NCBI GenBank assembly: GCA_963719085.1 | Contig: CAVRAL010000004.1 | Span: 736,001 to 800,000 of the forward strand | Origin: a candidate division FCPU426 bacterium | Lineage (GTDB): Bacteria; Oederibacteriota; Muellerivitia; Muellerivitales; Muellerivitaceae | Reading direction: 5' to 3' | Length of the DNA: 64,000 bases | Shown: one piece after another, positions 20,352-33,465 of the stretch | Layout of the letters: every line of letters starts with the position of its first letter | How positions within the stretch are numbered: position 1 is the stretch's first letter | Translations under genes and position numbers: made by a program | Notes under the pieces: generated by a model | Database searches by the model: none | The model's input: the letters and a program-made list of their open reading frames with translations, nothing else | What the model was told of the DNA's origin: nothing

Positions 20352-20894
20352 TTATTTTATTTTTTGGGCAATACCGGCCACCAGAAAATAAATATCGCTG
20401 GAAACTTCGGCGATGGACTGGTTGAGCTTTCCTTGCAGATCCCGGAAGTCCCGGCCCAAGGAAGTCTCGGGAACCAGCCCCAAGCCCACTTCATTGGAGA
20501 CAAAAAGGACGCGGCCGGTGAGTCTCAACATTTCTTTTTGAAGGTCATCGATTTTTTTCTCGATCGACTCGGGGGAAAGCGCGGGGCCGCCCATGCCGCA
20601 AAGCAGGTTGGAGAGCCAAAGCGTCAAACAATCCACCACCACGAAGGACTGGTCTTGGCAGGCGGTTTTTTGAAGAAGCTTTAGAAGATCATAAGGCTCC
20701 TCTTGGGTTTTCCAGCCGGAAGGGCGGTCTTTTTGATGCTTTTGAATCCGAATTCTCATCTCATCATCTTGAGCCGTCGCGGTGGCGATGAAGTAATGCT
20801 CTTGGGAAGAAGGCACCGGGGGATTCAGCCGAAGGGCAAACCGGGACTTCCCCGACCGGGCGCCGCCCAAAATAAGGGTTACTTGAGGGTTCAT
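20352..20894 (-). CDS. cobU: Bifunctional adenosylcobinamide kinase/phosphate guanylyltransferase
   Basis: GGARSGKS, YFIATA, RIQKHQKDR, VDCLTLWLSN, VSNEVGLG, FRDLQG. Confidence 0.95.
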   Translation of the reverse strand: MNPQVTLILGGARSGKSRFALRLNPPVPSSQEHYFIATATAQDDEMRIRIQKHQKDRPSGWKTQEEPYDLLKLLQKTACQDQSFVVVDCLTLWLSNLLCGMGGPALSPESIEKKIDDLQKEMLRLTGRVLFVSNEVGLGLVPETSLGRDFRDLQGKLNQSIAEVSSDIYFLVAGIAQKIK

Positions 20895-20943
20895 GCTGTG
20901 GTTGTAACATGGTCTTGGGGCCACGCCAAGCCTTGATCCTGGA

Positions 20944-20973
20944 TTGACGTTTTTAGGAGGACTAAGATACAAT
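20944..20973 (+). promoter_or_regulatory. Sigma70-type promoter of the rpmH operon
   Basis: TTGACG-N18-TACAAT. Confidence 0.6.
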
Positions 20974-21024
20974 TAACGCTCTTTTTCCCCTCAGGGACAG
21001 AAGTAATATAAAGGATAGGATTGC

Positions 21025-21162
21025 ATGAAAAGAACCTTTCAACCAAATAAGCGCAAGCGCCAAAAAGTCCATGGTTTTCGCAGCCGTATGAAAACCGTCG
21101 GTGGGCGCCGGGTTTTGAGCGCGCGTCGTAAAAAAAGCCGTTTAAGGGTGAGTGTCCAATAG
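21025..21162 (+). CDS. rpmH: 50S ribosomal protein L34 (not in ORF track)
   Basis: Translated by hand: [45 protein letters not shown]. Confidence 0.97.
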   Translation: MKRTFQPNKRKRQKVHGFRSRMKTVGGRRVLSARRKKSRLRVSVQ

Positions 21163-21181
21163 GACCTCTGTTGGTTTAAGC

Positions 21182-21556
21182 ATGAAAAAGAAAAAATCGG
21201 GTTTTCCAAAATCCGAAAGGCTCAAGCGGTCCAACGAATTTAAGGCGGTTTTTGAAAAATGCCGAAAAGTAGAGGATTCCGTTTTAGCCCTTTATGTGCA
21301 GCTAAGTGAAGACGCTCAATTAAGGAAGTTCGGTGTTTCGTTGGGGAGGGCCCATGGAAAAGCCCATCTTCGAAATCGCTTGAAACGCCGCTTAAGAGAA
21401 ATTTATCGGGTGGAACGGAATCGTTTCCGGGGCGGGTATCAGATTATTTTGTTACCCCGCCGCGGAAGCGTTCAACGCCCCTTCGATGAGCTGAAGAAAT
21501 CTTTTTTAACGCTCTCGACGAAGGCGGGCCTACTCCCCCGGACGATGTCCGAATAG
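21182..21556 (+). CDS. rnpA: Ribonuclease P protein component
   Basis: ERLKRSNEF, GKAHLRNRLKRRLRE (RNR motif); synteny. Confidence 0.95.
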   Translation: MKKKKSGFPKSERLKRSNEFKAVFEKCRKVEDSVLALYVQLSEDAQLRKFGVSLGRAHGKAHLRNRLKRRLREIYRVERNRFRGGYQIILLPRRGSVQRPFDELKKSFLTLSTKAGLLPRTMSE

Positions 21557-21607
21557 GTTCATTCAATACCTCAAGGACTTGATCTCCTCATCAGAGATTG
21601 AACGGTG

Positions 21608-21835
21608 ATGAAAATGGACAAACTAATGAAGCATGGGCTCCTAATAATGATACGGGGATATCAAATGTTGATTTCGCCTTATTTACCTCCCGCGTGCCGG
21701 TTTTCGCCCACTTGCTCCGAATATACCCATCAAGCCATTCGTAAATACGGTGTTTTAAAAGGCTTGGGGCTGGGTTTAAAGCGTTTGAGCCGTTGTCATC
21801 CCCTATCGGCCGGAGGATTCCACCCCGTTTCCTAA
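21608..21835 (+). CDS. yidD: Membrane protein insertion efficiency factor
   Basis: YQMLISP, CRFSPTCSEY, RCHP. Confidence 0.95.
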   Translation: MKMDKLMKHGLLIMIRGYQMLISPYLPPACRFSPTCSEYTHQAIRKYGVLKGLGLGLKRLSRCHPLSAGGFHPVS

Positions 21836-21855
21836 TTTTTGAACGGGGGCCTTTT

Positions 21856-23568
21856 TTGGAAAATCAAAGCCGCAGATTAATTACCTTCATTGTTGTGTCG
21901 ATCGCTATTTATTTTCTTTTTTACCGTTTTTTCCCCCAACCGGTTTCTTCGCCTTCCGTGAACGCCGGCGCGCAAGCCACGCCTGTCGCGACCGCCGCCG
22001 TCCCGTCCTCGCAGCCCGCCCTCGCGAAAGTTCATTCGATGACTTTCGCCCAAAAGCCAAAGGTTTCGGTGGCGGCCACCAGCGTCACCATCGGGACGGA
22101 TGAATATACGGCCGTCTTTTCCAATCAAGGCGCGGTCCTGACCAGCTTCGAACTTAAAAAATATCCAAACCGCCAAACCGGCCAACCCATTCAATTGGTG
22201 AATCAAGATCCGGCCCATCCCAAGCCCTTTACGTTAAGTGACGACGCGCTTCCCGATCTCACCCAACTCACATTCGAGATCAAGGGTTCCTCGAAGACGC
22301 TTTCGAATAACGAGGAAACCGATCTGGTTTTTCGAACCATGACTTCCACCGGGACTTTGGTCGAGAAGAAGTTTCATTTTAAGAACGGAAGTTATCTGAT
22401 CGGTTTTGACCTCACGATCGGCCAAAGCCACGGCGAGTTGGCGGCCAGCCCCTTAGGTGTGGAATGGGCCGATACCTTGGGCGCGGAGGAAAATACCGGC
22501 ACCCAATCGCGGGTCACCGGTTATCAAGTGGCCACGAATTCGGGCCAGAACATCACTTGGGAAAAGGCTAAAAAATCCCAGGAAAGCACCGAAATTCCCG
22601 AACCCATTATTTGGACTTCTTTGTCCAATCAGTTTTTCGTCGCGGCTTTAATTCCGGACGCTTCCACCGGGGGCGCTTCGGCCAAAATTGTCCGGGATTA
22701 TAACGTGTTCAAGGAACCCACTCCCGAAAACCCCAATCCGGGGCTGGATTTAAAAACCTTCGCGCCCCGCCCGATTTTGGTTTTTCAGGGACAAGCTTTA
22801 AAAGCCGGCCAAAGTTTCGAGCGAAAGGGCCAAGTCTTTCTGGGGCCCAAGAATTATGACCTGTTAAAAACCATGAACCTGCAGTTGGAGAAGGTGGTGG
22901 ACTTCGGGATATTCAAGTTCATCAGCGTTTATATGCTGCAGCTGCTGATCTGGTTTGACGGGTTCTGCCACAACTGGGGATTGGCGATTATTCTTTTGTC
23001 TATCCTGGTGAAATTGCTTTTGTGGTTCCCCACCCACGCCAGTTACAAAAGCATGTACCTCACCCAGCAAAAAATGAAAGAAATCCAGCCCAAGATCGAC
23101 GCGATTAAACGTAAGTACGCGGACGATAAGGAAAGGCAAAACAAGGAAACCCAAGAGCTTTACGCCAAGGCCGGCATTAATCCGCTGGGCGGGTGTTTGC
23201 CGATGGTTTTCCAGATTCCCATCTTTATCGCGCTTTATTCCACTTTGTCGCACACCATAGAGTTGCGTGGCGCTTCTTTCCTTTGGTTGAAAGACTTAAC
23301 GTTGATGGATTCGACGCACGTGTTACCCCTGCTCATGGGAGCTTCCATGATTGTTCAGCAGAGGGTGTCCGGACAGGCCGCGAGTAACGCGCCTGGTCAA
23401 CAAAAATTTATGATGTGGTTTTTTCCGATCTTTCTGACGGTTTTCTCACTCCAATGGCCCTCCGGGCTTTTGATTTATTGGGTGGTGACGAACCTGCTGT
23501 CCATCGTGCAGCAAAAAGAAGTGAATCGGGAAATTAAAAAGGAAAAGAAGAAAGAAGAGGCATTATGA
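21856..23568 (+). CDS. yidC: Membrane protein insertase YidC (long form with periplasmic domain)
   Basis: NWGLAIILL, GINPLGGCLPMVFQIPIF, PSGLLIYWVVTN; TTG start at 21856 inferred. Confidence 0.95.
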   Translation: MENQSRRLITFIVVSIAIYFLFYRFFPQPVSSPSVNAGAQATPVATAAVPSSQPALAKVHSMTFAQKPKVSVAATSVTIGTDEYTAVFSNQGAVLTSFELKKYPNRQTGQPIQLVNQDPAHPKPFTLSDDALPDLTQLTFEIKGSSKTLSNNEETDLVFRTMTSTGTLVEKKFHFKNGSYLIGFDLTIGQSHGELAASPLGVEWADTLGAEENTGTQSRVTGYQVATNSGQNITWEKAKKSQESTEIPEPIIWTSLSNQFFVAALIPDASTGGASAKIVRDYNVFKEPTPENPNPGLDLKTFAPRPILVFQGQALKAGQSFERKGQVFLGPKNYDLLKTMNLQLEKVVDFGIFKFISVYMLQLLIWFDGFCHNWGLAIILLSILVKLLLWFPTHASYKSMYLTQQKMKEIQPKIDAIKRKYADDKERQNKETQELYAKAGINPLGGCLPMVFQIPIFIALYSTLSHTIELRGASFLWLKDLTLMDSTHVLPLLMGASMIVQQRVSGQAASNAPGQQKFMMWFFPIFLTVFSLQWPSGLLIYWVVTNLLSIVQQKEVNREIKKEKKKEEAL

Positions 23569-24704
23569 GACCCTATTCAAATTCAAATCAAAACAGCGGC
23601 CGCCCCAGTGGGAATGGAAACGGGAACCGCCAATCCTCTGGCAACAAGCCGGGTTATGACCGGCCCAGTGGATATTCGAACCGCGAAAATCGCGGCGGAC
23701 GCAGTGAGAATCGATCCGACCGGGAACACCGCGGCAGTGGTAACAGCGGCAACAGTTCTTCGCGCAGCCATGGATTTCGCCCGGACCGCAATAATTCCTA
23801 TCGGGACCGTGAACCGTCCCAGGGCCGGGGCAATTCTTATCGTCCCGCGGATCGGGATCGGAATTCCTCAGCTCCCCGGGGGCCCCGCAGTTCTTGGGTC
23901 GAAGTGACCGGTAAAGGAACCGAGGAAGCCATTCAAGAAGCGTTGCGGCGTTTTAATGTCAGCCGTAATGACTTGAACATTGAAGTTCTCGAGGAAGGAA
24001 GCAAAGGCTTCTTAGGAATCGGCTCCAAGCCCGCCAAGGTGAAGGTGGCTTTGAAATCCAACGCCGTGATGCCTTTCGCCGAGAGTGTGTTGGCTCGGTT
24101 GTTGGGGGCCATGGGATTGCCGGATAAGGTGAAGAGCCAAAAGGATTCGGATGGAAATCCGGTTTTGAACATCCTCGGCCCTTCCAGCGGAACCCTGATC
24201 GGCCGGCACGGCCACACTTTGGAATCGCTTCAATATTTGGTTTCCAAGGTGGTTCAACGGATGACCGGTGATGATCACGTGATCATCGTGGTGGACGTTG
24301 AGAATTACCTGGAGCGCCAAAAAGAAAAGTTGAAGGAACTGGCCCAGAATCTCGCGCAAAAAGCCCGAGAGACGGGGTCCGAGATTCCCATGCGGCCCAT
24401 GAGCTCTAAAGACCGCCGGGTGGTCCACTTGACGTTGAAAGAAGACGAGCATGTCACCACCGAAAGCCGGGGCGAGGGATTGCGCCGCCGGGTGGTGATT
24501 ATTCCCAAAGTGAAGGCGGTCGCTGCCGCCCCGTCCGCTTCGACGGGCGCCTCGGCCCAAGAAGGGCTTTCAGATAACGGAAACTCCTCCGAAGCCCCGC
24601 TTCCTTATTCACCGGAATCGATCGCCCAGCCGGAAGTTTCGATGAATGTGGCGCCGCCGCCGGTCGTGCACGACGAAGAAGAGGATACCTTCGGAAATCG
24701 TTAA
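23565..24704 (+). CDS. jag: RNA-binding protein Jag/KhpB/EloR with ~110-aa low-complexity N-terminal extension
   Basis: Jag_N (EEGSKGFLGIG), KH (LIGRHGHTLESLQY), R3H (DRRVVH). Confidence 0.93.
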   Translation: MRPYSNSNQNSGRPSGNGNGNRQSSGNKPGYDRPSGYSNRENRGGRSENRSDREHRGSGNSGNSSSRSHGFRPDRNNSYRDREPSQGRGNSYRPADRDRNSSAPRGPRSSWVEVTGKGTEEAIQEALRRFNVSRNDLNIEVLEEGSKGFLGIGSKPAKVKVALKSNAVMPFAESVLARLLGAMGLPDKVKSQKDSDGNPVLNILGPSSGTLIGRHGHTLESLQYLVSKVVQRMTGDDHVIIVVDVENYLERQKEKLKELAQNLAQKARETGSEIPMRPMSSKDRRVVHLTLKEDEHVTTESRGEGLRRRVVIIPKVKAVAAAPSASTGASAQEGLSDNGNSSEAPLPYSPESIAQPEVSMNVAPPPVVHDEEEDTFGNR

Positions 24705-24728
24705 TTCTTTTTAACTCATTTGCCGTTC

Positions 24729-24761
24729 AAAAGGCTTCGGAAATAACCGAAGCCTTTTTTT
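24729..24761 (+). terminator. Intrinsic terminator after jag
   Basis: AAAAGGCTTCGG-AAATAA-CCGAAGCCTTTTTTT. Confidence 0.8.
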
Positions 24762-24821
24762 ATTTCCCAAAGTCGTGGATAATTTTTAAAAAGCCCTACA
24801 CCAGCCGGGGAAAGAAAAGAC

Positions 24822-26192
24822 ATGTACGGATTCGACGACACGATTTGCGCCATCGCCACTCCCCCGGGAATGGGCGGAATCGGGATTATCCGTGTTTCGG
24901 GCCCCGCGGCTTTTAAGATCAGCGGCGTCTTTTTAGGTGGTTCGGAATCATTTGACAAAAAGCGCCGGCTTTCGTTTCAAAAATTCATCCACCCGCAGAC
25001 CCGCGAAATTTTAGACGAGGGGTTGCTTCTGGCGATGCCGGGACCCAACAGTTACACAGGGGAAGATGTGGTGGAGTTTCACTTGCATGGCAGTCCTTCC
25101 CTTTTGGCATACCTCTTACGGCTGTTAATTGAAGGAGGGGCCCGTCCGGCGGACCCCGGGGAATTTACTTACCGCGCCTTTTTATCGGGCCGGCTGGATT
25201 TGACCCAGGCGGAGGCCGTGGAAGAACTCATTTCGGCTCAAGGCGACGCCTCGAGGAGGCAAGCGCTTCAACATTTGACCGGCGGGCTAGCGGCTTATTT
25301 GGAACCCCTGGAAGAGGCGCTCAAGTCCCTCTATTTAAAAATTGAGGCACGGCTTGAGTTTTCCGAGGACGGAATCCCTCCGCTTGATTTCGAGAAATTC
25401 AAGCTGGAGGTCCAGGCGGTCCAGGGCCAATTGAGAAAACTTTTGGAAAGTTACAGCCAAGGCAAGATCCTCAAAAACGGCCTGACGGTGGCCCTGGTGG
25501 GTCCGCCGAACGTGGGCAAGTCGAGCTTGCTCAACCGGTTAGTGGGCACGAATCGGGCGATTGTGACGCCCCTGGCGGGGACTACGCGGGATGTGATTGA
25601 GGGGCAGATGCTCTTCAAGGGTATCCAAGTCCGTTTTTTTGATACGGCGGGCCTGCGGGATTCCTCCAATGTGGTGGAAGCGGAGGGGATCCGCCGAAGC
25701 CAGCAGTTAATTGAGGAAGCTGATTTTATCTTTTGGGTGGTTGATTCCACCCAAGTCGAGGAATCAATCCAAGAGTTCAAAAACCACTCGGTCGATCCTT
25801 CCCGAAGCTGGTTTCTTTTCAATAAAAGTGATTTGGTTTCCGGCGAAGCGCCTTGGAAAAATTACCCTCCGTTACCGGCGTCTCGATGCCTTTCCATCTC
25901 CTGTCAAACTCCCGAAGGCCTAGAGCCTTTGTTGGCTCGATTGATGGAGCTGATCGAGACGCCGGCCTCTTCCCAAGATATTATTTTGACCTCGGCCCGC
26001 CATCAAAAGGAGACGGGCTTGGCCCATCAAGCTTTGGCCAATCTTCAAGCCCTATTCAAAGAAGGCCAATCCTATGAATTATGGGCGGAGGAGCTTCGGG
26101 AAGCCGCCTTGGCCATCGGCCGGATCCGCGGCCGAAACCTGCCGGGAACGGCCTTTGAGGAGATATTTACCAAGTTTTGCATCGGTAAATAA
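24822..26192 (+). CDS. mnmE: tRNA modification GTPase MnmE
   Basis: DTICAIATPPG, SYTGEDVVE, GPPNVGKS, GTTRD, DTAG, FCIGK. Confidence 0.97.
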   Translation: MYGFDDTICAIATPPGMGGIGIIRVSGPAAFKISGVFLGGSESFDKKRRLSFQKFIHPQTREILDEGLLLAMPGPNSYTGEDVVEFHLHGSPSLLAYLLRLLIEGGARPADPGEFTYRAFLSGRLDLTQAEAVEELISAQGDASRRQALQHLTGGLAAYLEPLEEALKSLYLKIEARLEFSEDGIPPLDFEKFKLEVQAVQGQLRKLLESYSQGKILKNGLTVALVGPPNVGKSSLLNRLVGTNRAIVTPLAGTTRDVIEGQMLFKGIQVRFFDTAGLRDSSNVVEAEGIRRSQQLIEEADFIFWVVDSTQVEESIQEFKNHSVDPSRSWFLFNKSDLVSGEAPWKNYPPLPASRCLSISCQTPEGLEPLLARLMELIETPASSQDIILTSARHQKETGLAHQALANLQALFKEGQSYELWAEELREAALAIGRIRGRNLPGTAFEEIFTKFCIGK

Positions 26193-26282
26193 GCGCTTCC
26201 CCAAGCGACCTTCATTTTTAAATAATGAACAAAAAAAGTCACATAAGAATACGGCCCCCCGGGCGGGCCGGCGCTCAGGCGT

Positions 26283-26298
26283 TGTTCCACGTGGAACA
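26283..26298. promoter_or_regulatory. parS: parS centromere-like site
   Basis: Perfect palindrome TGTTCCACGTGGAACA. Confidence 0.93.
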
Positions 26299-26396
26299 AT
26301 TTAAAGGCGGGCGCGCTTTTTCGCCGGAGGGTAGAAAGTTGTACCTTCCCCGGACTTGTGTTATAAATTTCAGCGGTTAAATTTTAAAAGGCCTTT

Positions 26397-28301
26397 ATGT
26401 CTTTTCACTCTTCCTCTTCTTATGACGTGATTGTGGTTGGCGCCGGCCATGCCGGTTGCGAAGCTTCCTTGGCTTGCGCCCGGATGGGCTTGGCCACGGC
26501 CCTCTTAACGATGAACCCCGATACGATCGCCAAGATGAGTTGCAATCCCGCGGTGGGCGGGCTGGCGAAGGGCCACTTGGTCCGCGAGATCGACGCGCTC
26601 GGCGGCGAGATGGCCAAGGCCACCGATGAAACTTCCATTCAATCCCGAATCCTAAACAAAACCCAGGGGCCCGCGGTCTGGGGCTACCGGGCCCAATGCG
26701 ACAAAGAGCTTTATAACGAACGCATGCGAAAAACTATTTTTGCCCAGCCCAATTTATTCGTGAAGCAAGCCCTGGTGGAACGTTTGATCGTGGAGGACGG
26801 AAAAGTTGTCGGCGCCATCACCCAATATGGAGAAGAGATCAAAGCCAAAGCGGTCATTATCACCACGGGAACTTTTTTAAACGGGTTGATGCATATCGGT
26901 GAGACCAAAATTGAGGGAGGCCGCACGGGCGAATTGACCTCGAAGGGGCTTCCATCCCATTTGAAAGAATTAGGATTTGAGGTCGGGCGCTTAAAAACCG
27001 GAACCAATCCCCGCGTGAACCGAGCCTCGATTGATTTCACTCAAACCGAAGAACAATGGGGAGACGCGACCCCGGTTCCCTTCTCGCATTTTACGACCCA
27101 GTTCCCGCTTCAGCCGCAGATCGCCTGCCATATCACTTATACCAATGAAAAAACCCATGGGGCGATTCGGGATAATATGAGCCGCTCACCGCTTTATTCG
27201 GGAACCATTAAGGGTATCGGGCCCCGTTACTGTCCTTCGATTGAGGACAAGGTAGTGAAATTTCCGGACAAACTCCGCCATCAAATCTTTTTGGAACCCG
27301 AGGGTCTTGCGTCGAATGAGTTTTATTTAAACGGCCTTTCCACTTCCCTGCCTCTGGACGCCCAATACGCTTTTTTGCGCACGATTCCCGGATTAGAAAA
27401 GGCGGAGATTGTCCGGCCCGGTTACGCGGTGGAATATGATTTCGTTCCCCCGACCCAGGTCAAACACACGCTGGAGTCTTACCGAATTCAAAACCTTTTC
27501 CTGGCCGGTCAAATTAATGGGACCTCCGGCTATGAGGAAGCGGCCGCTCAAGGCTTAATGGCGGGTATCAACGCCGCCTTAGCCGTCAAAGGGCTGCCCG
27601 GATTCGTGCTTTCGCGCTCCGAAGCCTATATCGGTGTTCTCATTGACGATCTGGTCACCAAAGGAACGGATGAACCCTACCGTTTATTCACTTCCCGGGC
27701 TGAATACCGGCTTTTGCTCAGGCCTGATAACGCCGATCTTCGATTAATGGAAAAAGGTTTTGAACTGGGGCTTATTTCAAAGCCCGCGCATGAAAAGGTG
27801 GTTGAGAAAAAGGACAAGATCGAAAAAGGAATCCAAGCCTTTCGAACCCGGATTTTGCCGCCCGAAGCGGCACCCAATGAAGCCCTTCAGCTGGTTTTGG
27901 CAGACCGCGCGCTTCACTTAGACGCGGTAATGCGCCGGACCTCGGTGACTTATGAAGGCTTAAAACCCTATTTGTCCGCGGATTTGCAGTGGGAACCCGA
28001 GGTGAGCTTCCAAGTGGAAGTGGAATTGAAATACGAAGGTTATTTGCATAAGCAGCGCCAAGAAATCCAACGGCAGAGCCGCTATGAAACCTTAACCATT
28101 CCCCGGGATTTTCCTTATCTGGAAACCACGACCTTTTCCCGGGAAGCCAAAGAAAAGCTTCATCGGATTAGGCCGGAGACCTTTGGCCAAGCCGGCCGGA
28201 TCCAAGGGGTAACGCCTGCGGATTTGAGTGTACTTTTGCTGGCATTAAGCCGCTATGCGAAAAGCCAATTTGAGTCCATCGCTTCGGAATCCGTGGATTG
28301 A
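26397..28301 (+). CDS. mnmG: tRNA uridine 5-carboxymethylaminomethyl modification enzyme MnmG/GidA
   Basis: [46 protein letters not shown]. Confidence 0.98.
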   Translation: MSFHSSSSYDVIVVGAGHAGCEASLACARMGLATALLTMNPDTIAKMSCNPAVGGLAKGHLVREIDALGGEMAKATDETSIQSRILNKTQGPAVWGYRAQCDKELYNERMRKTIFAQPNLFVKQALVERLIVEDGKVVGAITQYGEEIKAKAVIITTGTFLNGLMHIGETKIEGGRTGELTSKGLPSHLKELGFEVGRLKTGTNPRVNRASIDFTQTEEQWGDATPVPFSHFTTQFPLQPQIACHITYTNEKTHGAIRDNMSRSPLYSGTIKGIGPRYCPSIEDKVVKFPDKLRHQIFLEPEGLASNEFYLNGLSTSLPLDAQYAFLRTIPGLEKAEIVRPGYAVEYDFVPPTQVKHTLESYRIQNLFLAGQINGTSGYEEAAAQGLMAGINAALAVKGLPGFVLSRSEAYIGVLIDDLVTKGTDEPYRLFTSRAEYRLLLRPDNADLRLMEKGFELGLISKPAHEKVVEKKDKIEKGIQAFRTRILPPEAAPNEALQLVLADRALHLDAVMRRTSVTYEGLKPYLSADLQWEPEVSFQVEVELKYEGYLHKQRQEIQRQSRYETLTIPRDFPYLETTTFSREAKEKLHRIRPETFGQAGRIQGVTPADLSVLLLALSRYAKSQFESIASESVD

Positions 28302-29029
28302 GCTTAAACGCTTCCGAGATACGCCGGCTTTTTGAAAGCTACTCTCTCGCTGATTTTTTCCCCGTTTCTCAAGACGAATCTCTCGCCCGCTTCACCCAAA
28401 AAATGTTGGAACTCAACGAAGTCCTCAATTTAACCAAGTGGATCAAGCCGGAAGAAGTGGCGCATTACCATCTTCTGGACTCGGCCTTTGGAATGCCGTT
28501 ATTGAAATCTTTGGGCCCTTCATCAGGCGATCGTTGGATGGACCTGGGAACCGGTGGGGGTTTCCCCGGCGCGTTGGTTTTAGCGGCCTTTCCCGAATTA
28601 AAATTAACCTTGGTGGACTCCGTGGCGAAAAAAGGGCGGGCCTTGGAACAGTGCCTGGCGGCCGCTTCCTGGACGGCGGAAGTTGTCGCTGAGCGGGCCG
28701 AAAATTTGGGCCGGGATCCCAAGACCCGGGAATCTTGGAATGGCGTGGTGGCCCGGGCGGTCGCTGATTTCCCCGTTTTGCTCGAGTACGCCATCCCCCT
28801 CTTGAGGCCTCACGGACATCTTTTAAATTGGATGACCCAAGAGCAAATGGAAAAAGTGGATAAGGCAAAAAACGCGCTCCAAGAACTCAACGCCCAATTG
28901 GTGGAAAAAAAGGAATATCGCCTGCCGGGGCTTTCCCAATCCCGGTGGATTGTGCTTGTGGAAAAGTTGGGGAAAACCGACGCGCGCTATCCCCGCCTGG
29001 TAGGCCAAGCCTCTAAAAAGCCGCTCTAA
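28298..29029 (+). CDS. rsmG: 16S rRNA m7G527 methyltransferase RsmG/GidB
   Basis: [27 protein letters not shown]. Confidence 0.93.
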   Translation: MSLNASEIRRLFESYSLADFFPVSQDESLARFTQKMLELNEVLNLTKWIKPEEVAHYHLLDSAFGMPLLKSLGPSSGDRWMDLGTGGGFPGALVLAAFPELKLTLVDSVAKKGRALEQCLAAASWTAEVVAERAENLGRDPKTRESWNGVVARAVADFPVLLEYAIPLLRPHGHLLNWMTQEQMEKVDKAKNALQELNAQLVEKKEYRLPGLSQSRWIVLVEKLGKTDARYPRLVGQASKKPL

Positions 29030-29083
29030 AAATTCACGGCATTCCAAGCGATGCCCTTTTGAGAAAGTGAACTTTTACCGCAA

Positions 29084-29099
29084 TGTTCCACGTGGAACA
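29084..29099. promoter_or_regulatory. parS: parS centromere-like site
   Basis: Perfect palindrome TGTTCCACGTGGAACA, identical to 26283-26298. Confidence 0.93.
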
Positions 29100-29382
29100 C
29101 CTGACTTGAGGCCTTTTTAAATATGCCCAATTTATTATTCAATTTTTTTAAAAGCCATTTTAAAATAGGGTGAAAAGCCCGAATTAAAAAATGAAAAACC
29201 CTCTTTGAAAGTTTATAATAAGCGGGCTTTAAATGAACGATCCCGCTTATTAATAGGAAGAGGCCCATCGGGACATTTGAGGCCTTCTAGAGGGCTTTTA
29301 AACGCTCTTCAGCGAGGAACAGACGACGATACCCTTCGTTAAGTCGCAAGAACACTATTCTTAAATAAGCAGGGGTTAAGGT

Positions 29383-30501
29383 GTGCATGTTGGTTCCATT
29401 CGGCTTTCCCAGTTTCGCAATTACACCTCGTTGGAGGTTCGATTCCATTCCCGGTTGAATCTTCTTTTGGGAATGAACGCTCAAGGTAAGACCAGTCTTT
29501 TAGAAGCGCTTTACTGTCTTTCCGCCGCCCGGTCTTTTCGGGCCGGTGTGGATGATGAAATGATTCAATTCGGCCACGAGACCGCCGGCATTGAAGGCGT
29601 GATTCATCGGGAGAAGGGCCAAGATCAGGTTTTTTTGGAACTGAAAAAGAGCAAAGGAAAAACACTCACCCTTAACGGGAAGAAGCAAAAAAAGCTTTCA
29701 ACTCTTTTGGGACAAATGCCGGCGGTGGTTTTTTCCCCGGACGACCTTTTCCTGGTTAAGGGCGCTCCCGGGCTTCGGCGAAAGTACTTAGACCTGACGA
29801 TTCTTCAGTTGGAACCGGGGTTTCTTCCCCACTTCCAGCTTTATGAGCGGGCCTTAAAACAGCGTAACGCTTTGCTTCGGCAAAGGATGGAAAACTTAGA
29901 AACCCAACTGCCGCTTTGGGACGCGCCTCTGGCGGAGCATGGCGCGGCGATTCTTCGAAAGCGGTTGGAGATAAGCCAAGGCCTCTCTGTTTTAGCGGGC
30001 CGGGCCTTGGGCGATTTGACGGGTGGGCTTGAAAAATTTGAGCTGCGGTATGAAAGTTCGCTGCTAAGCGCTGAAAAAACAGAAGTCACGAAAGAACAAA
30101 TGCTTCAAGCCTTTGGAAGGGCCCGCAAAGAAGAGATCGCGCGGGGCCTCACCGTGGTCGGGCCGCATCGGGACGATATCGGTTTTTTCGTGAACGGCGA
30201 GCTTTTAAGAAAATTTGGAAGCCAAGGACAGCAACGCACCGCGGCCCTGGCCTTGAAACTGGCCCAGTTGTCGCTTTTAGCCGAGGGCTGCCACACGGAG
30301 CCGCTGGTTTTATTTGACGACGTGATGTCGGAGCTGGACGAGAAACGACAGGCTTTTTTTTTGAACCGGCTTCAACGGGGGGGGCAGGCTTTTTTAACTG
30401 GGACCTCCGCCCACGATTTCGCCGCGGCGGCGCAGGGCGCCCGGGTGTTTACGGTCGAAGAGGGCCAGGTGAAGATGGTTCAGGAAGGTCCAGTCCCTTG
30501 A
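29383..30501 (+). CDS. recF: DNA replication/repair protein RecF
   Basis: FRNY, GMNAQGKT, GPHRDD, GSQGQQRT, DDVMSELD. Confidence 0.97.
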   Translation: MHVGSIRLSQFRNYTSLEVRFHSRLNLLLGMNAQGKTSLLEALYCLSAARSFRAGVDDEMIQFGHETAGIEGVIHREKGQDQVFLELKKSKGKTLTLNGKKQKKLSTLLGQMPAVVFSPDDLFLVKGAPGLRRKYLDLTILQLEPGFLPHFQLYERALKQRNALLRQRMENLETQLPLWDAPLAEHGAAILRKRLEISQGLSVLAGRALGDLTGGLEKFELRYESSLLSAEKTEVTKEQMLQAFGRARKEEIARGLTVVGPHRDDIGFFVNGELLRKFGSQGQQRTAALALKLAQLSLLAEGCHTEPLVLFDDVMSELDEKRQAFFLNRLQRGGQAFLTGTSAHDFAAAAQGARVFTVEEGQVKMVQEGPVP

Positions 30502-30533
30502 CGAACTGAATCAGGGCCTTCACGGAGACTTAA

Positions 30534-33457
<2,924 letters not shown>

Positions 33458-33465
33458 GGAATCGT

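Noticed and set aside
19545..21024. Cobalamin riboswitch upstream of cob genes
   Set aside because: No B12-box or conserved core seen; cobU and cobT look leaderless
29030..29382. ncRNA or small gene in the rsmG-recF gap
   Set aside because: Only parS and AT-rich promoter-like DNA are recognisable; short ORFs lack RBS or motifs
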